Source of the DNA: an uncultured Gammaproteobacteria bacterium
Lineage (GTDB): Bacteria; Patescibacteriota; Microgenomatia; UBA10105; UBA927
DNA: 64,000 nucleotides
Reading direction: 5' to 3'
NCBI GenBank assembly: GCA_964448085.1
Contig: CAYUUX010000001.1
Span: 22,465-86,464 of the forward strand
A program made the position numbers and the translations under genes. Each line of letters begins with the position of its first letter. The first letter of the stretch is position 1. Of the stretch, positions 9,364 to 20,070 are shown piece by piece. The notes under the pieces are model-generated. The model had not been told where the DNA came from and searched no databases. It was given only the letters and a program-made list of their open reading frames with translations.

Positions 9364-10419
9364 ATGCCAATAAAAACAATCTCTTCACCGCGAAAAAAAG
9401 AAAAAGAGGACGTATTGTTTCAAAGCGCTCCACCCGATGAAGAGCACATTATCACATCGCTTCGTGCATCTACGTGGAATGAATTCTACGGACAACCAGC
9501 CGCGAAAAAAAGTTTGGGCATCGCCATACAAGCTGCAAAAAAACGACATGATCCGTTGGAGCATATCCTTCTCTATGGACCACCCGGATTGGGAAAAACA
9601 ACGCTTGCACACCTCATAGGACATGAAATGGGAGTCAATGTACGGATTACTTCGGGACCGGCAATAGAGCGCGCCGGTGATTTAGCTGCAATTCTCACCA
9701 ATATGGCACCGCGCGACATCCTTTTTATTGATGAAATTCACAGGCTAAACAAAATCGTTGAGGAAACGCTCTATCCTGCCATGGAAGACTTTGCGCTTGA
9801 TATTGTTATCGGTAAAGGCCCTTCGGCACGCACATTGCGACTCGATCTCCCCCCATGCACAATCATTGGAGCTACAACACGCGCAGGTCTTCTTTCTTCT
9901 CCCATGCGAGACAGATTCGGTGTTATCGAACGTTTATCCTTCTACCAAATTGAGGATCTTGAAAAGATTATCACTCGAGCCGCAAAAAAATTAGGTATTG
10001 ATGTAGATACACGTGCGCAAAAAGAACTCGCCATTCGAAGCCGCGGTACACCACGTATTGCCCTCCGGCTTTTAAAACGCTGTCGGGATATTGCGGAAAT
10101 AGCAGAAGTGAAACACATTAACGAAACTATCATTGATCAAGCGCTCGCACTTCTCGGCATCGACCAGGCTGGCCTTGATACTTCCGATCGACGGCTCCTC
10201 ACCACGATCATAGAAAAATATAACGGTGGACCAATCGGCATAGAGACACTCGCAGCAGCACTTTCCGAGGATATTGACACTGTTGAAGAAATACTTGAAC
10301 CGTATCTTATGCAACTTGGCTTTCTCAAACGCACGCCGCGGGGTAGGTTCGTCACAAAAAATGCCTATACGCATCTTGGAATTCCCATACCGTCAAAACT
10401 CCAAGAAGAACTTCTTTAG
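9364..10419 (+). CDS. ruvB: Holliday junction helicase RuvB
   Basis: GPPGLGKT, FIDEIHRL, GATTRAG, RGTPRIA. Confidence 0.98.
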   Translation: MPIKTISSPRKKEKEDVLFQSAPPDEEHIITSLRASTWNEFYGQPAAKKSLGIAIQAAKKRHDPLEHILLYGPPGLGKTTLAHLIGHEMGVNVRITSGPAIERAGDLAAILTNMAPRDILFIDEIHRLNKIVEETLYPAMEDFALDIVIGKGPSARTLRLDLPPCTIIGATTRAGLLSSPMRDRFGVIERLSFYQIEDLEKIITRAAKKLGIDVDTRAQKELAIRSRGTPRIALRLLKRCRDIAEIAEVKHINETIIDQALALLGIDQAGLDTSDRRLLTTIIEKYNGGPIGIETLAAALSEDIDTVEEILEPYLMQLGFLKRTPRGRFVTKNAYTHLGIPIPSKLQEELL

Positions 10420-10420
10420 C

Positions 10421-10457
10421 CACAAAAAACCCGAGGTGCTCCCCGGGTATTTTTGTG
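10421..10457. terminator. bidirectional intrinsic terminator
   Basis: cacaaaaaacccg...cgggtatttttgtg hairpin with A and T tracts between convergent genes. Confidence 0.8.
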
Positions 10458-10466
10458 TAAATACTG

Positions 10467-11465
10467 TTAGTTACAATTTGCAGCAGATGTATTTGCTGAT
10501 GCTTCCCCTGTTTCCGAAAAAGATGCGGCAACATCATCCGTTGACAATGCCGTACCGCAATATCCAGCTTTTGTGGATGAGGCACAACACAAAACTTCTT
10601 TCAATGCGTTTGGCGTGCGTCCCCCAAAGTCAAATTCCGAAACGACCTGACTCTCATTTACCAACAACGTTGGCGAGCTTCCGATATCATATTTCGCCAT
10701 CAGATCGAAATCCTTTTGTGCATACGTATTTCCTCTCTTTGCATCTGCCATACATGCATTCACCGATGCGACATTTACTCCTGTTTGCGTCAAACATTCT
10801 GCACTTTTCCCCTGCGCTTTCATATAACAGGCAACATATGGCCAATAAAGATTCTTCTGTTCCTCACGAATACAAATCTGCCGAAGATTTTCCTGCGCCT
10901 CAGCATCGCCGTGCATGGAAGTTATTTTCCCACCCTCGATGGCTCCGATGTATTTAACTTCAAATGCATCTTTGAGCGCTGGTTGTTCTGTAATTGCCTT
11001 GTTCATCACGCGTTGCATCTGCAAACCGAACGGACAATCGGCAACGACAAATGCAGTCATCTTTGGCGTTGCAGATTTATTGACGTCATCACAGGTTAAC
11101 TTTGCTTGCGGTTCTGCTGCAGCTTGGCTATCTGCCTTTTGCAGTTCGCTCACTTTCGTGCCGCTTGCAAAGAAAATCTTCCCGTCTTTGGTTATATACG
11201 AGGTGTACTTGTTTACTTGTCCGGCTGAATCAAGCGTAAGGTCAAAGGAATATATCCCGCTTTCTTCTTTCAGATTTTCAACTGATTGAATCTTCGTTGC
11301 GTTCCCCGCAAGAACCTGTACGACATTGGGAATTGTTTTTGTCTTCATTTCCACAAGCGCATCTTTGCTTCGTTTCAGGACAAGTCCACCAACTAAAAGT
11401 GCTATTATTACTAAAGGAACGAGAAAAGAGAACAGTTTTTTACGTTTCAGGGTTAGTTTTTTCAT
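10467..11465 (-). CDS. membrane-anchored thioredoxin-fold protein (DsbA/GILT-like)
   Basis: ADCPFG site, SMHGxxExxEN, cis-Pro SSPT, many Cys. Confidence 0.7.
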   Translation of the reverse strand: MKKLTLKRKKLFSFLVPLVIIALLVGGLVLKRSKDALVEMKTKTIPNVVQVLAGNATKIQSVENLKEESGIYSFDLTLDSAGQVNKYTSYITKDGKIFFASGTKVSELQKADSQAAAEPQAKLTCDDVNKSATPKMTAFVVADCPFGLQMQRVMNKAITEQPALKDAFEVKYIGAIEGGKITSMHGDAEAQENLRQICIREEQKNLYWPYVACYMKAQGKSAECLTQTGVNVASVNACMADAKRGNTYAQKDFDLMAKYDIGSSPTLLVNESQVVSEFDFGGRTPNALKEVLCCASSTKAGYCGTALSTDDVAASFSETGEASANTSAANCN

Positions 11466-11543
11466 AGTTTATTATTTGTATAGGAACTTACCCGCTTTGT
11501 CAACCCGATAAAATATAGTATAATGACGTTTTCCAAAAAAGCT

Positions 11544-12572
11544 ATGAAATCCATATTGAAAAACAAAAAAATCTGGATATTTCTTGCAATCATCATTGTT
11601 GTCGGGATAGGCATTTTTTCTGCAACACGCGGGAAAAATACCAACAAGAAATCTTCCACTTATACTGTTCGGAAACACACTATACGAGAGACCTTATCCA
11701 TTGCCGGTGTCATCGATGCGCAGGAAAAAGTGACGCTTCGATTTCAAACGTCCGGCATGCTTTCCTGGGTCGGCGTCAAAGAGGGTGATACTGTATACCC
11801 CTATCAAGCGATTGCTTCCCTTGATCAAATGGAACTTACTAAAACACTGCAAAAATATCTCAACTCGTACGAAAGCGAGAGGAGAGATTTCGATCAGACG
11901 ACTGACGAATATCGACAACCCGCACAAGGATACTGGGGGTTAACTTGGGATCAACGAAGGGAATTGGATCGCGCGCTTGAAAAAGCACAGTATGACCTCA
12001 ACAGCAGCGTACTTGATGTAGAATTGAAATCCATCGCATTAAAATATGCTACGCTTGTTACCCCCATCGGTGGGATCGTTACCAAAGTCACCAGTCCATT
12101 TGCGGGCATCAACGTTACACCTTCACAAGCAGAGTTTGAAGTCGTCAACCCCACAACGCTGTATCTCTCTGTGCTCCCCGATCAAAATGAAGTGAGCAAA
12201 ATCACATCGAGCATGTCTGCAACAATCGTGTTTGATCCGTTCCCCGAAGCAACCGTATCCGGTGCTGTCCAATCCATTGCGTTTGCACCAAAATCCGGTG
12301 AAAGCTCAACGGTATATGAAGTAAAACTGTCGTTACCCACAACCAATTCATACAGAATAGGAATGACGGCAGATGCTACATTTGTCATTTCTGAACGACA
12401 AGATGTCATAGCCATACCATTCTCAATGCTCAAAACGGATAACGGAAAACCCTATGTTTTTCGAAAAATCGGGAACACAAAAGAAAAAACTTCGGTAACC
12501 ATCGGCCTTGAAGGTGATGACTTCATAGAAATAACAAGTGGACTTGCTGAGGGCGATATCCTCTATGATTAA
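11544..12572 (+). CDS. efflux periplasmic adaptor (MacA/HlyD family)
   Basis: N-terminal TM, VKEGDTV and TPIGGIV lipoyl halves, helical hairpin. Confidence 0.9.
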   Translation: MKSILKNKKIWIFLAIIIVVGIGIFSATRGKNTNKKSSTYTVRKHTIRETLSIAGVIDAQEKVTLRFQTSGMLSWVGVKEGDTVYPYQAIASLDQMELTKTLQKYLNSYESERRDFDQTTDEYRQPAQGYWGLTWDQRRELDRALEKAQYDLNSSVLDVELKSIALKYATLVTPIGGIVTKVTSPFAGINVTPSQAEFEVVNPTTLYLSVLPDQNEVSKITSSMSATIVFDPFPEATVSGAVQSIAFAPKSGESSTVYEVKLSLPTTNSYRIGMTADATFVISERQDVIAIPFSMLKTDNGKPYVFRKIGNTKEKTSVTIGLEGDDFIEITSGLAEGDILYD

Positions 12573-13251
12573 CCTGTCTCACGTATCGAAAGAATATAAG
12601 CTTTCCGGAGAATCTTTTTTTGCCCTTCGTGACGTGTCTTTTGAAATTAAAGAAAAAGAATTCACGGCAATTCTTGGTCCTTCAGGGTCCGGTAAATCCA
12701 CCGTCATGCATATCATGGGACTTTTGGATACGCCAACCGCAGGAACCGTTAAAATAAATGGAAGAGATGTTTCGAAATATTCCGATAACGAGCTATCACT
12801 TGCACGAAATGAGCTTATTGGATTTGTTTTTCAACAATTTAACCTGATTAACAAATTATCCATTTTGGAAAATATTCTTCTCCCCACCATTTACACACGA
12901 AAGAAATTGCCTTTTGATCCAAAAATACGCGCAATGGAGCTTATTACCAAATTTGGTCTTTCCGGCAAAGAACGTTCATTTCCCAATAAAATTTCTGGTG
13001 GGCAACAACAACGTGTTGCGATAGCACGTGCGTTAATAATGCAACCGAAGCTTGTGTTGGCTGATGAACCAACGGGAAATCTTGATACAAAAAATGGCGA
13101 CGCAATCCTTGATCTTCTGGAAAAACTCAACAAACAGGAGGGGGCAACCGTTGTCATTATCACACACGAACCCGATGTTGCAGAACGCTGTAAACGAAAA
13201 TTGTATATTCGTGATGGCCAGTTATTTACAAAGCCTTTGCATACACCATGA
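12565..13251 (+). CDS. ABC transporter ATP-binding protein (MacB/LolD type)
   Basis: GPSGSGKS, ISGGQQQRVAIARAL, DEPTGNLD. Confidence 0.95.
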   Translation: MINLSHVSKEYKLSGESFFALRDVSFEIKEKEFTAILGPSGSGKSTVMHIMGLLDTPTAGTVKINGRDVSKYSDNELSLARNELIGFVFQQFNLINKLSILENILLPTIYTRKKLPFDPKIRAMELITKFGLSGKERSFPNKISGGQQQRVAIARALIMQPKLVLADEPTGNLDTKNGDAILDLLEKLNKQEGATVVIITHEPDVAERCKRKLYIRDGQLFTKPLHTP

Positions 13252-14444
13252 ATTATTTTCTTTTTATCATCAAAGCCGCTTTTGAAGATTTTAACAGAAA
13301 TAAAGTAAAGACGTTCCTTACATCATTGGGTATCACGATCGGCGTATCATCTGTGGTACTCCTGATTGCCTTAGGGCTTGGGTTGAAAGCATACATACAG
13401 GATCAATTCGACACCTTCGGGACCAATAATTTATATATTATTCCAGGGAGTCTCAGTGGTGGGTTTCAGGGTGGGCCACCAACGACACAATTGTTTGATG
13501 ATAAAGATGTCAACTCTGTAAAACGAATAAACGGCATTGCAAATACCATACCCGTATATGAAAAATTTATGAAAGTAGAGGGAACGCTTGATACAAAAAC
13601 CTACCAGGTAACAACTTCAACGGAAGATATTTTTTCCACACTAACATTAAATATTCAATATGGAGTCTTGTATACAAAAAGCGATGTTGCAAAAGGTGCA
13701 AAGAAAATTGTTTTGGGTCCAAAAGCGGCGGAGTCACTTTTTGGGTCGCCCTCCGAGGCCATAGGCAAAAATGCAACAATAAACGGCATCGCCTACCGAG
13801 TTGTTGGAGTATTTGAGGCAAAAGGCGGAGGCGCATTCGGTGCACCAAGCATTGATGAGAGCATTTATATGCCCGTCACCGCTTCCCTATCGTTTAATCC
13901 CGCAAAAAAATATGCGAGCATATATCTGAAAGTTCAAGAAGAATCATTCCTCAAGCCAGTCAAGAAGACCGCAACAGATATTCTCTTAAAACGGTATAAA
14001 GAAGATGAATTTTCCGTTATAGAACAAACTGAGCTCATAGATACTATTAATTCGATTTTCGGTGTTTTGAATACCGTCCTTATTGCTATTGCTGCAATTT
14101 CTCTCATTGTAGGCGGAGTCGGTATTATGAATATTATGTATATGTCTGTTGTTGAACGAATCAGGGAAATCGGGATACGAAGAGCAATGGGAGCAACAAA
14201 AAAAGATATCCTCTATCAATTTATGTCGGAAGCAGTTCTTCTTTCCGGACTTGGTGGTGCAATGGGACTCTTATTTTCATGGATCGTAGTTCTTTTCCTC
14301 CGGTCTCAATTTCCTGCATATATCGACATAACAACCGTTGCTATAGCATTAGGAGTTTCTTCTGGGGTTGGTATTGGGTTCGGTGTGTTTCCTGCAAAAA
14401 AGGCAGCGGATCTTTCTCCAATGGAAGCGATCCGTTACGAATAA
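13248..14444 (+). CDS. ABC transporter permease (MacB type)
   Basis: GITIGVSSV, GIMNIM..SVVERIREIGIRRAMGA, PMEAIRYE. Confidence 0.95.
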   Translation: MNYFLFIIKAAFEDFNRNKVKTFLTSLGITIGVSSVVLLIALGLGLKAYIQDQFDTFGTNNLYIIPGSLSGGFQGGPPTTQLFDDKDVNSVKRINGIANTIPVYEKFMKVEGTLDTKTYQVTTSTEDIFSTLTLNIQYGVLYTKSDVAKGAKKIVLGPKAAESLFGSPSEAIGKNATINGIAYRVVGVFEAKGGGAFGAPSIDESIYMPVTASLSFNPAKKYASIYLKVQEESFLKPVKKTATDILLKRYKEDEFSVIEQTELIDTINSIFGVLNTVLIAIAAISLIVGGVGIMNIMYMSVVERIREIGIRRAMGATKKDILYQFMSEAVLLSGLGGAMGLLFSWIVVLFLRSQFPAYIDITTVAIALGVSSGVGIGFGVFPAKKAADLSPMEAIRYE

Positions 14445-14447
14445 TGA

Positions 14448-14861
14448 TTATGAGAGAAGCGATAGGCTTTTCCGTGTAAATTCTTCGAGATCTTCTTGTG
14501 CAAGCGCCTCCTCTTTTGTCATCCACGCTGCTTCTTGAATTTCATCCTTATCGATAATCACTGGTTGCTCGCTGAGCAGTTCACATTCGCATTCCAAAAA
14601 GAAAAAATGTTTTTTCTTCCAGAATTTCTTTGGGTATATGGCTTCCCACATTGCAAACTGACGGATAAAACGCACATCCAATCCCACTTCTTCCTTTGTT
14701 TCCCGAACCACTGCTTCTTCAACCGTTTCTCCCATTTCTACATGACCACCGGCAACAGTCCATACATGACCGTTGTCCCATTTATGGGATCGGACAAAAA
14801 GATACCTCCCCGCTTTGTTTCTGATATATGCACCAACCGTTGGTTCTGGATAATTGCCCAT
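14448..14861 (-). CDS. NUDIX hydrolase
   Basis: Complete Nudix box GGHVEMGETVEEAVVRETKEEVGL. Confidence 0.93.
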   Translation of the reverse strand: MGNYPEPTVGAYIRNKAGRYLFVRSHKWDNGHVWTVAGGHVEMGETVEEAVVRETKEEVGLDVRFIRQFAMWEAIYPKKFWKKKHFFFLECECELLSEQPVIIDKDEIQEAAWMTKEEALAQEDLEEFTRKSLSLLS

Positions 14862-14864
14862 ATA

Positions 14865-17558
14865 TTACGAGAGCTTGGGATAATGGCATTTCTTCCATTT
14901 TTTACCACTCCCACACCAACACGGATCATTTCTCCCCAACTCTTTTTTTTGATTTACCACCGGTTTTGGTGCCGTTTCTTCATTTGTACGCGCGCGTTTT
15001 GCTTCTTTCGTGAGTTTTGTCTCTTGCGGTAAGGAATTTTCTGTTGTCTTTACTCTCTGTGTCCCTCCTTGTGGCAATTGGACCTGCACTTTGTAAATTC
15101 TATGAACGATTTCCCCCTCAATTGATGATACTAACCGTTCAAACATGGAATATGCTTCGTTTTTATATTCCACTAACGGATCTCGCTGGCCGTATCCCCG
15201 AAGCCCTATCCCTTCACGAAGATCATCAATTGCTTCCAGATGGTCCATCCAAAAATTATCAATAACTGACAAACTTACCCATCGTTCTACCTGACGCATG
15301 ATCTCTGGAGATATCTGTTTTTCCCGAGCGTCATACATATCCTGGGATATCCGACGCAGATAGTCCACGATTTCCTCTTGTGTATGTAAATTTATAATCT
15401 GTCCAATCAGTTGGGTTTGGGAATTTTCATCAAACGGAATAATGGTGCTGTATTCCTGAACAATCTTTTTATAATCGAATGTTCCACCCTCAACGTGTAC
15501 CGCAACGACTGTTGTTATTTCGTCCTCTATGTTTTTCAGAACCTGTTCCTTTTGGTTCTCTTCCATGAGCGCACGTCTTCGAAGTCGGTAAATAATTTCT
15601 CTGTGTTTATTGAGCACGTCATCATATTCAACCAGGTGTTTTCTTGAATCGAAATGGAATCCCTCCACCTTCATCTGTGCCTGTTCTATAGAACGAGATA
15701 CCATAGGATGTTCCAACGGCACATCTTCGGGAAGTTTAAATACCGTCATAAGCTTGGCAACCTGATCGCCACCAAACAATCGCATGATCTCATCCTCAAG
15801 CGATACATAAAACCTGCTGGAACCTGGATCCCCTTGTCGTCCCGACCGACCACGCAACTGATTATCAATGCGTCTACTTTCATGGCGCTCTGTTCCGATA
15901 ACATGAAGTCCTCCTGCAGCCAATACTTCGTCATGATTCTTTTTCCACTCTTGCATCGCTTTCTCGTATGTTTTTTTATCAGTAAACAGTGCTTCTTCTG
16001 GTTTTGAACCTCCAAGAATAATATCGACTCCGCGGCCCGCCATGTTTGTTGCAACGGTAATTGCCCCTTTTTTGCCTGCTTCAGCAATAATAAGGGCTTC
16101 CTTTAAATGATTTTTTGCGTTCAGAAGCTGGTACGGTATGCCTTTCCGCTTCAAAAGCTCACCGATAATCTCATTCTTTTCAATAGATGTCGTTCCGACA
16201 AGCACAGGTTGACCTTTTTTGTGACATTCCACAATCTCGTTTGCGACTGCCATGTATTTTGCCCTGGTTGTTTTGTACACACTGTCGGGATAGTCTTGTC
16301 GAAGCATTGGCCTGTGCGTTGGAATAACCACAACTTCCAGGTTATATATTTTACGGAACTCTTCCGCTTCCGTTGCAGCCGTTCCCGTCATGCCGGCGAG
16401 CTTTTCGTACATACGGAAATAATTCTGTAACGAAACGGTTGCAAGCGTCTTGCTCTCCTGCTGAATCTGAACCCCCTCCTTTGCTTCAATTGCCTGATGG
16501 ATCCCCTCAGAAAATCTTCGCCCCATGAGAAGCCTGCCCGTAAATTCGTCGACAATGATGACCTGCCCCTCTTTTACGATGTATTCTTTGTCCCGATGAA
16601 ATAGGGTGCGTGCTTTCAACGCCGCTTCCAAATGATGAACTGTTTCGAAATCTTCTTCGTATATGTTTCCAAGCCCCATCATCTTTTCTATCTTCATGAC
16701 GCCGTGATCCGTAAGATGCGCGGTTCGCATTTTTTCATCAATGACGTAATCCATGGTGGGTGTTAATTTATCAACCAGCTTTGCATACTCGTAATATTTC
16801 TGTGTCGCTTCCGTATCAGGAGCGGAAATAATATGGGGAGTTCGTGCTTCATCGATTAATACCGAATCGACTTCATCAACAACCGCAAAATGAAATCCTC
16901 GTTGTGACAGTTGAGATGGATCCGAAACCATATTATCCCGAAGATAATCAAAACCAAACTCACTATTGATTCCATATGTAATATCCGCCGCGTATGCTTC
17001 TTTCCGTGTTATCGGACGCAAGTGTTTGAGCCGCCAATCTCCCGCAGTCGCATCCTCAAAATCCGGATCGTACATGAATGATTGTTCCGAAATAATAGCT
17101 GATACTGACATTCCCAAGAAATGATAAATGGGTCCCATCCACCCCGCGTCACGGCGAGCAAGATAATCGTTCACCGTTACAAGGTGTGCTCCCCGACCAG
17201 TCAGCGCATTCAAATATAGGGCGGGTATTGCCGAAAGTGTCTTTCCTTCTCCCGTTTTTTGTTCCGCAACCTTGCCAAAATGTAATGCTGCCGATGCGAT
17301 CAGCTGTACATCATAATGTTTTTCTCCAATGGTACGAAACGCAGCTTCCCTCACCAAAGCAAAAGCCGCCGGAAGAATATCGTCAATCGTTTTTCCTTCA
17401 GCAAGCTGCGCCTTTAGCTCTGCAGTTTTCTTGGGAAACTCTGCGTCTTTCAATTTCTGCATCGCTTGATCCAAATTGTTTATGGATGCGACGATTGACC
17501 GCAGTCTGACAACCTCTTTTTCGTTGTTATCCAGTAATTTACCGAGGAACTTAAACAT
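14865..17558 (-). CDS. secA: preprotein translocase ATPase SecA
   Basis: KTGEGKT, DEVD, TNMAGRG, QLRGRSGRQGDPG, C-terminal CWCGSGKKWKKCH. Confidence 0.99.
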   Translation of the reverse strand: MFKFLGKLLDNNEKEVVRLRSIVASINNLDQAMQKLKDAEFPKKTAELKAQLAEGKTIDDILPAAFALVREAAFRTIGEKHYDVQLIASAALHFGKVAEQKTGEGKTLSAIPALYLNALTGRGAHLVTVNDYLARRDAGWMGPIYHFLGMSVSAIISEQSFMYDPDFEDATAGDWRLKHLRPITRKEAYAADITYGINSEFGFDYLRDNMVSDPSQLSQRGFHFAVVDEVDSVLIDEARTPHIISAPDTEATQKYYEYAKLVDKLTPTMDYVIDEKMRTAHLTDHGVMKIEKMMGLGNIYEEDFETVHHLEAALKARTLFHRDKEYIVKEGQVIIVDEFTGRLLMGRRFSEGIHQAIEAKEGVQIQQESKTLATVSLQNYFRMYEKLAGMTGTAATEAEEFRKIYNLEVVVIPTHRPMLRQDYPDSVYKTTRAKYMAVANEIVECHKKGQPVLVGTTSIEKNEIIGELLKRKGIPYQLLNAKNHLKEALIIAEAGKKGAITVATNMAGRGVDIILGGSKPEEALFTDKKTYEKAMQEWKKNHDEVLAAGGLHVIGTERHESRRIDNQLRGRSGRQGDPGSSRFYVSLEDEIMRLFGGDQVAKLMTVFKLPEDVPLEHPMVSRSIEQAQMKVEGFHFDSRKHLVEYDDVLNKHREIIYRLRRRALMEENQKEQVLKNIEDEITTVVAVHVEGGTFDYKKIVQEYSTIIPFDENSQTQLIGQIINLHTQEEIVDYLRRISQDMYDAREKQISPEIMRQVERWVSLSVIDNFWMDHLEAIDDLREGIGLRGYGQRDPLVEYKNEAYSMFERLVSSIEGEIVHRIYKVQVQLPQGGTQRVKTTENSLPQETKLTKEAKRARTNEETAPKPVVNQKKELGRNDPCWCGSGKKWKKCHYPKLS

Positions 17559-17565
17559 GCACCAA

Positions 17566-18222
17566 TTATACTATGGAAACGAAGAAAAATCTGTTCCTAA
17601 ATATCGTGTGGTCGTGCACAACCAGAAATATATTCTGTAGCGTTCTCATGAGCTTATCTGACTGTTTTTGATATTCCAGTTCCCGAAGATAATTTATCAC
17701 AACACATCCCGAAGAAGAGAGCGTGGAACGAATTCTTCTAAGAAACGTAGGTGACGTCACAAACTTAGGTATAACCCTCCCGAAAGACATATCCAAAATC
17801 ACCATATCGTATTGTTTGTTCTTTTTGACTGTCGATTGGATGAATGTGTTTGCGTCACTTCTGATCAAACGTAACCCCGCAACATCGTCTAAACCGAAGT
17901 ACTTTTTTCCGATAGTTATCATGAGCGGATCAATGTCCACGCCGGTAATGACGGCGTCAGAAAAAAAACCATGAAGCATGCGGATCACTGTTCCACCGGC
18001 AACGCCCAATACTAAAATTTTTTTTGCTTGACCGCCATGTCCAACGCCAAAAGCCTTAAAGGCACTGTTCCATAACTGTTCAATATACTTCCCCGACTGT
18101 GGAGAGCCGTTTACCAGCAGTTTCATCCGATTCGATTCTCTGTTTATTCGAATATAGTGATTGTACGGAGAATGGAACTCTGCGACTTTTTCAGGAATCA
18201 GATATGAAAGAAGATGTTTCAT
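17566..18222 (-). CDS. class I SAM-dependent methyltransferase (spermidine synthase-like fold)
   Basis: ILVLGVAGG, GVDID, YDMVILD. Confidence 0.8.
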   Translation of the reverse strand: MKHLLSYLIPEKVAEFHSPYNHYIRINRESNRMKLLVNGSPQSGKYIEQLWNSAFKAFGVGHGGQAKKILVLGVAGGTVIRMLHGFFSDAVITGVDIDPLMITIGKKYFGLDDVAGLRLIRSDANTFIQSTVKKNKQYDMVILDMSFGRVIPKFVTSPTFLRRIRSTLSSSGCVVINYLRELEYQKQSDKLMRTLQNIFLVVHDHTIFRNRFFFVSIV

Positions 18223-19463
18223 CGAGAAATCACATCCTTGCCGACAAACGGCACTAACACGTCTGGCACACGAATGGATCCATCTTTTTGTTGATAATTT
18301 TCCAGAATTGGGATCAAAATACGCGGTGACGCCACCGCAGTATTGTTGAGCGTATGACAATGGAGCGTCTTTCCGTCTTTTGTTTTGTATCGGATATTCA
18401 AACGTCTCGCTTGGAATTCACCCATAAAGGAATCTGACATTGTCTCTCCATAGGCATGTCGAGAAGGCATCCATGTTTCAATATCAAACTTCTTCACTTG
18501 CGGCTCACCCATATCTCCAGTACACATGGACATCACACGATAGGGAAGCTTCAATTCTTGTAGAATCTCCTCTGAATTCAACAATAACTCGTCTAATAGA
18601 GTAATAGAGTTGTTCGTATCATTTTTTGATATAATTAATTGTTCAATTTTATTAAATTGGTGTAGTCTATAAGCACCTTTTGTGTCTTTTCCATAACTTC
18701 CCGCTTCTCTTCTAAAACATGGCGAGAAAGCAACAAATTTTTTCGGCAAGTCGGCTTCCGATAGCACTTCCTCACTGAAATACGATGTAACCGGTACTTC
18801 CGCAGTGCCTGCAAGATATAAATCGTCTTTTTCCAAATGATAGACTTCATCCTTACCCCAGGGGAATTGACCATTTCCAAAAAGGGTAAATTCTTTTACT
18901 AACGACGGTGCGATCAATGGAATATACCCTTTCGCAACAAGTTTCCTTAACGTGTAAAAAAGAATGCCGAATTCCAAAAGCACAGCTTCGTTTTTCAAAA
19001 AATATGCACGAAATCCACCAACCTTCGTTCCCCGTTCAAAATCCATCAAATCCAGCTTCTTTGCCAGTTCTATATGATCTTTGACTTCAAAATCAAACAC
19101 GGGCTCTTTCCCCCACCGCCTCACTTCAATATTGTCAACTTCATTCTTTCCAACCGGAACGGTTGCATCAGGAACGTTGGGCACCGTTAACATAACTTCC
19201 TTAAATTCCGTTTCAACCCGACGGAGCTCCTCTTCCAGACCCTTTAACGATTCTTTCAGCTGCCTTCCTTCCGCACGTGCGTCATCCGTTTGTTTCTGAC
19301 TAATGGTATTTCGCTTGGCGCGAAGATCATCAACCGCTTTTGTGAGTTTTCTTCTTGTTTCGTCCAACGACAACAACGTATCCCACGCAACATTACGATT
19401 TTTATTTATTGCAGCAGTTTTGCATTTATCTAAATTCTCTCGTATGTAATTAATGTCCAACAT
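18219..19463 (-). CDS. serS: serine--tRNA ligase
   Basis: MLDINYIRE, GTAE, CFRREAG, HQFNKIE, HTLNNT. Confidence 0.98.
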   Translation of the reverse strand: MLDINYIRENLDKCKTAAINKNRNVAWDTLLSLDETRRKLTKAVDDLRAKRNTISQKQTDDARAEGRQLKESLKGLEEELRRVETEFKEVMLTVPNVPDATVPVGKNEVDNIEVRRWGKEPVFDFEVKDHIELAKKLDLMDFERGTKVGGFRAYFLKNEAVLLEFGILFYTLRKLVAKGYIPLIAPSLVKEFTLFGNGQFPWGKDEVYHLEKDDLYLAGTAEVPVTSYFSEEVLSEADLPKKFVAFSPCFRREAGSYGKDTKGAYRLHQFNKIEQLIISKNDTNNSITLLDELLLNSEEILQELKLPYRVMSMCTGDMGEPQVKKFDIETWMPSRHAYGETMSDSFMGEFQARRLNIRYKTKDGKTLHCHTLNNTAVASPRILIPILENYQQKDGSIRVPDVLVPFVGKDVISR

Positions 19464-20070
19464 AGTAGTGTTGAATGATACCTTTCAGTTTTTCAACTGC
19501 TTTTCTTCTATGATTATAGATGGTATTCTCTTCGTCGGTCAATTCATCGTGGTTGTAAAATTTCGATAGTTCCGGAAGATACAAAAGCGATCGATAGGGA
19601 AATCCTGCACGACGATATTTTGAAGCTTTCAGGGGAATCATGCCACGAACGACACCTTCACTCGTCCATGTTTTACCCTCAGGAGTTGCGAATGCTAAAA
19701 ACAAATGGAGCTGGGCACCGCGCTTTGCTAAAGGAATATCTTTCATTCGCATAAGCGTGTATTCAATGAGCTCTTCGTCTTCATCTTCCCTCTCTTTATG
19801 AATCCATCGATGGGAATGGACTCCGGGTTCACCATGCAGGGCATCAATCTCTAATCCTCCATCATCGGCAATCGTTGGAAGACCCGATTCTCTGGCATAG
19901 TGCACTGCTTTTAATATTGCGTTTTCCTCGAACGTCTTTCCTGTCTCCTCCACATGATCCGTAATTCCGACATCCTTTAAATTCACAAGTGCTATTGCGA
20001 AATCTGACAAAAACTCCTGAAGCTCAGCGAGTTTCCCCGGATTCGTCGTTGCGACAAGAAGTTTTTTCAT
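19450..20070 (-). CDS. rdgB: non-canonical purine NTP pyrophosphatase (RdgB/HAM1)
   Basis: ATTNPGK, TFEENAILKA, ADDGGL, PGVHS, NHR. Confidence 0.9.
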   Translation of the reverse strand: MKKLLVATTNPGKLAELQEFLSDFAIALVNLKDVGITDHVEETGKTFEENAILKAVHYARESGLPTIADDGGLEIDALHGEPGVHSHRWIHKEREDEDEELIEYTLMRMKDIPLAKRGAQLHLFLAFATPEGKTWTSEGVVRGMIPLKASKYRRAGFPYRSLLYLPELSKFYNHDELTDEENTIYNHRRKAVEKLKGIIQHYYVGH

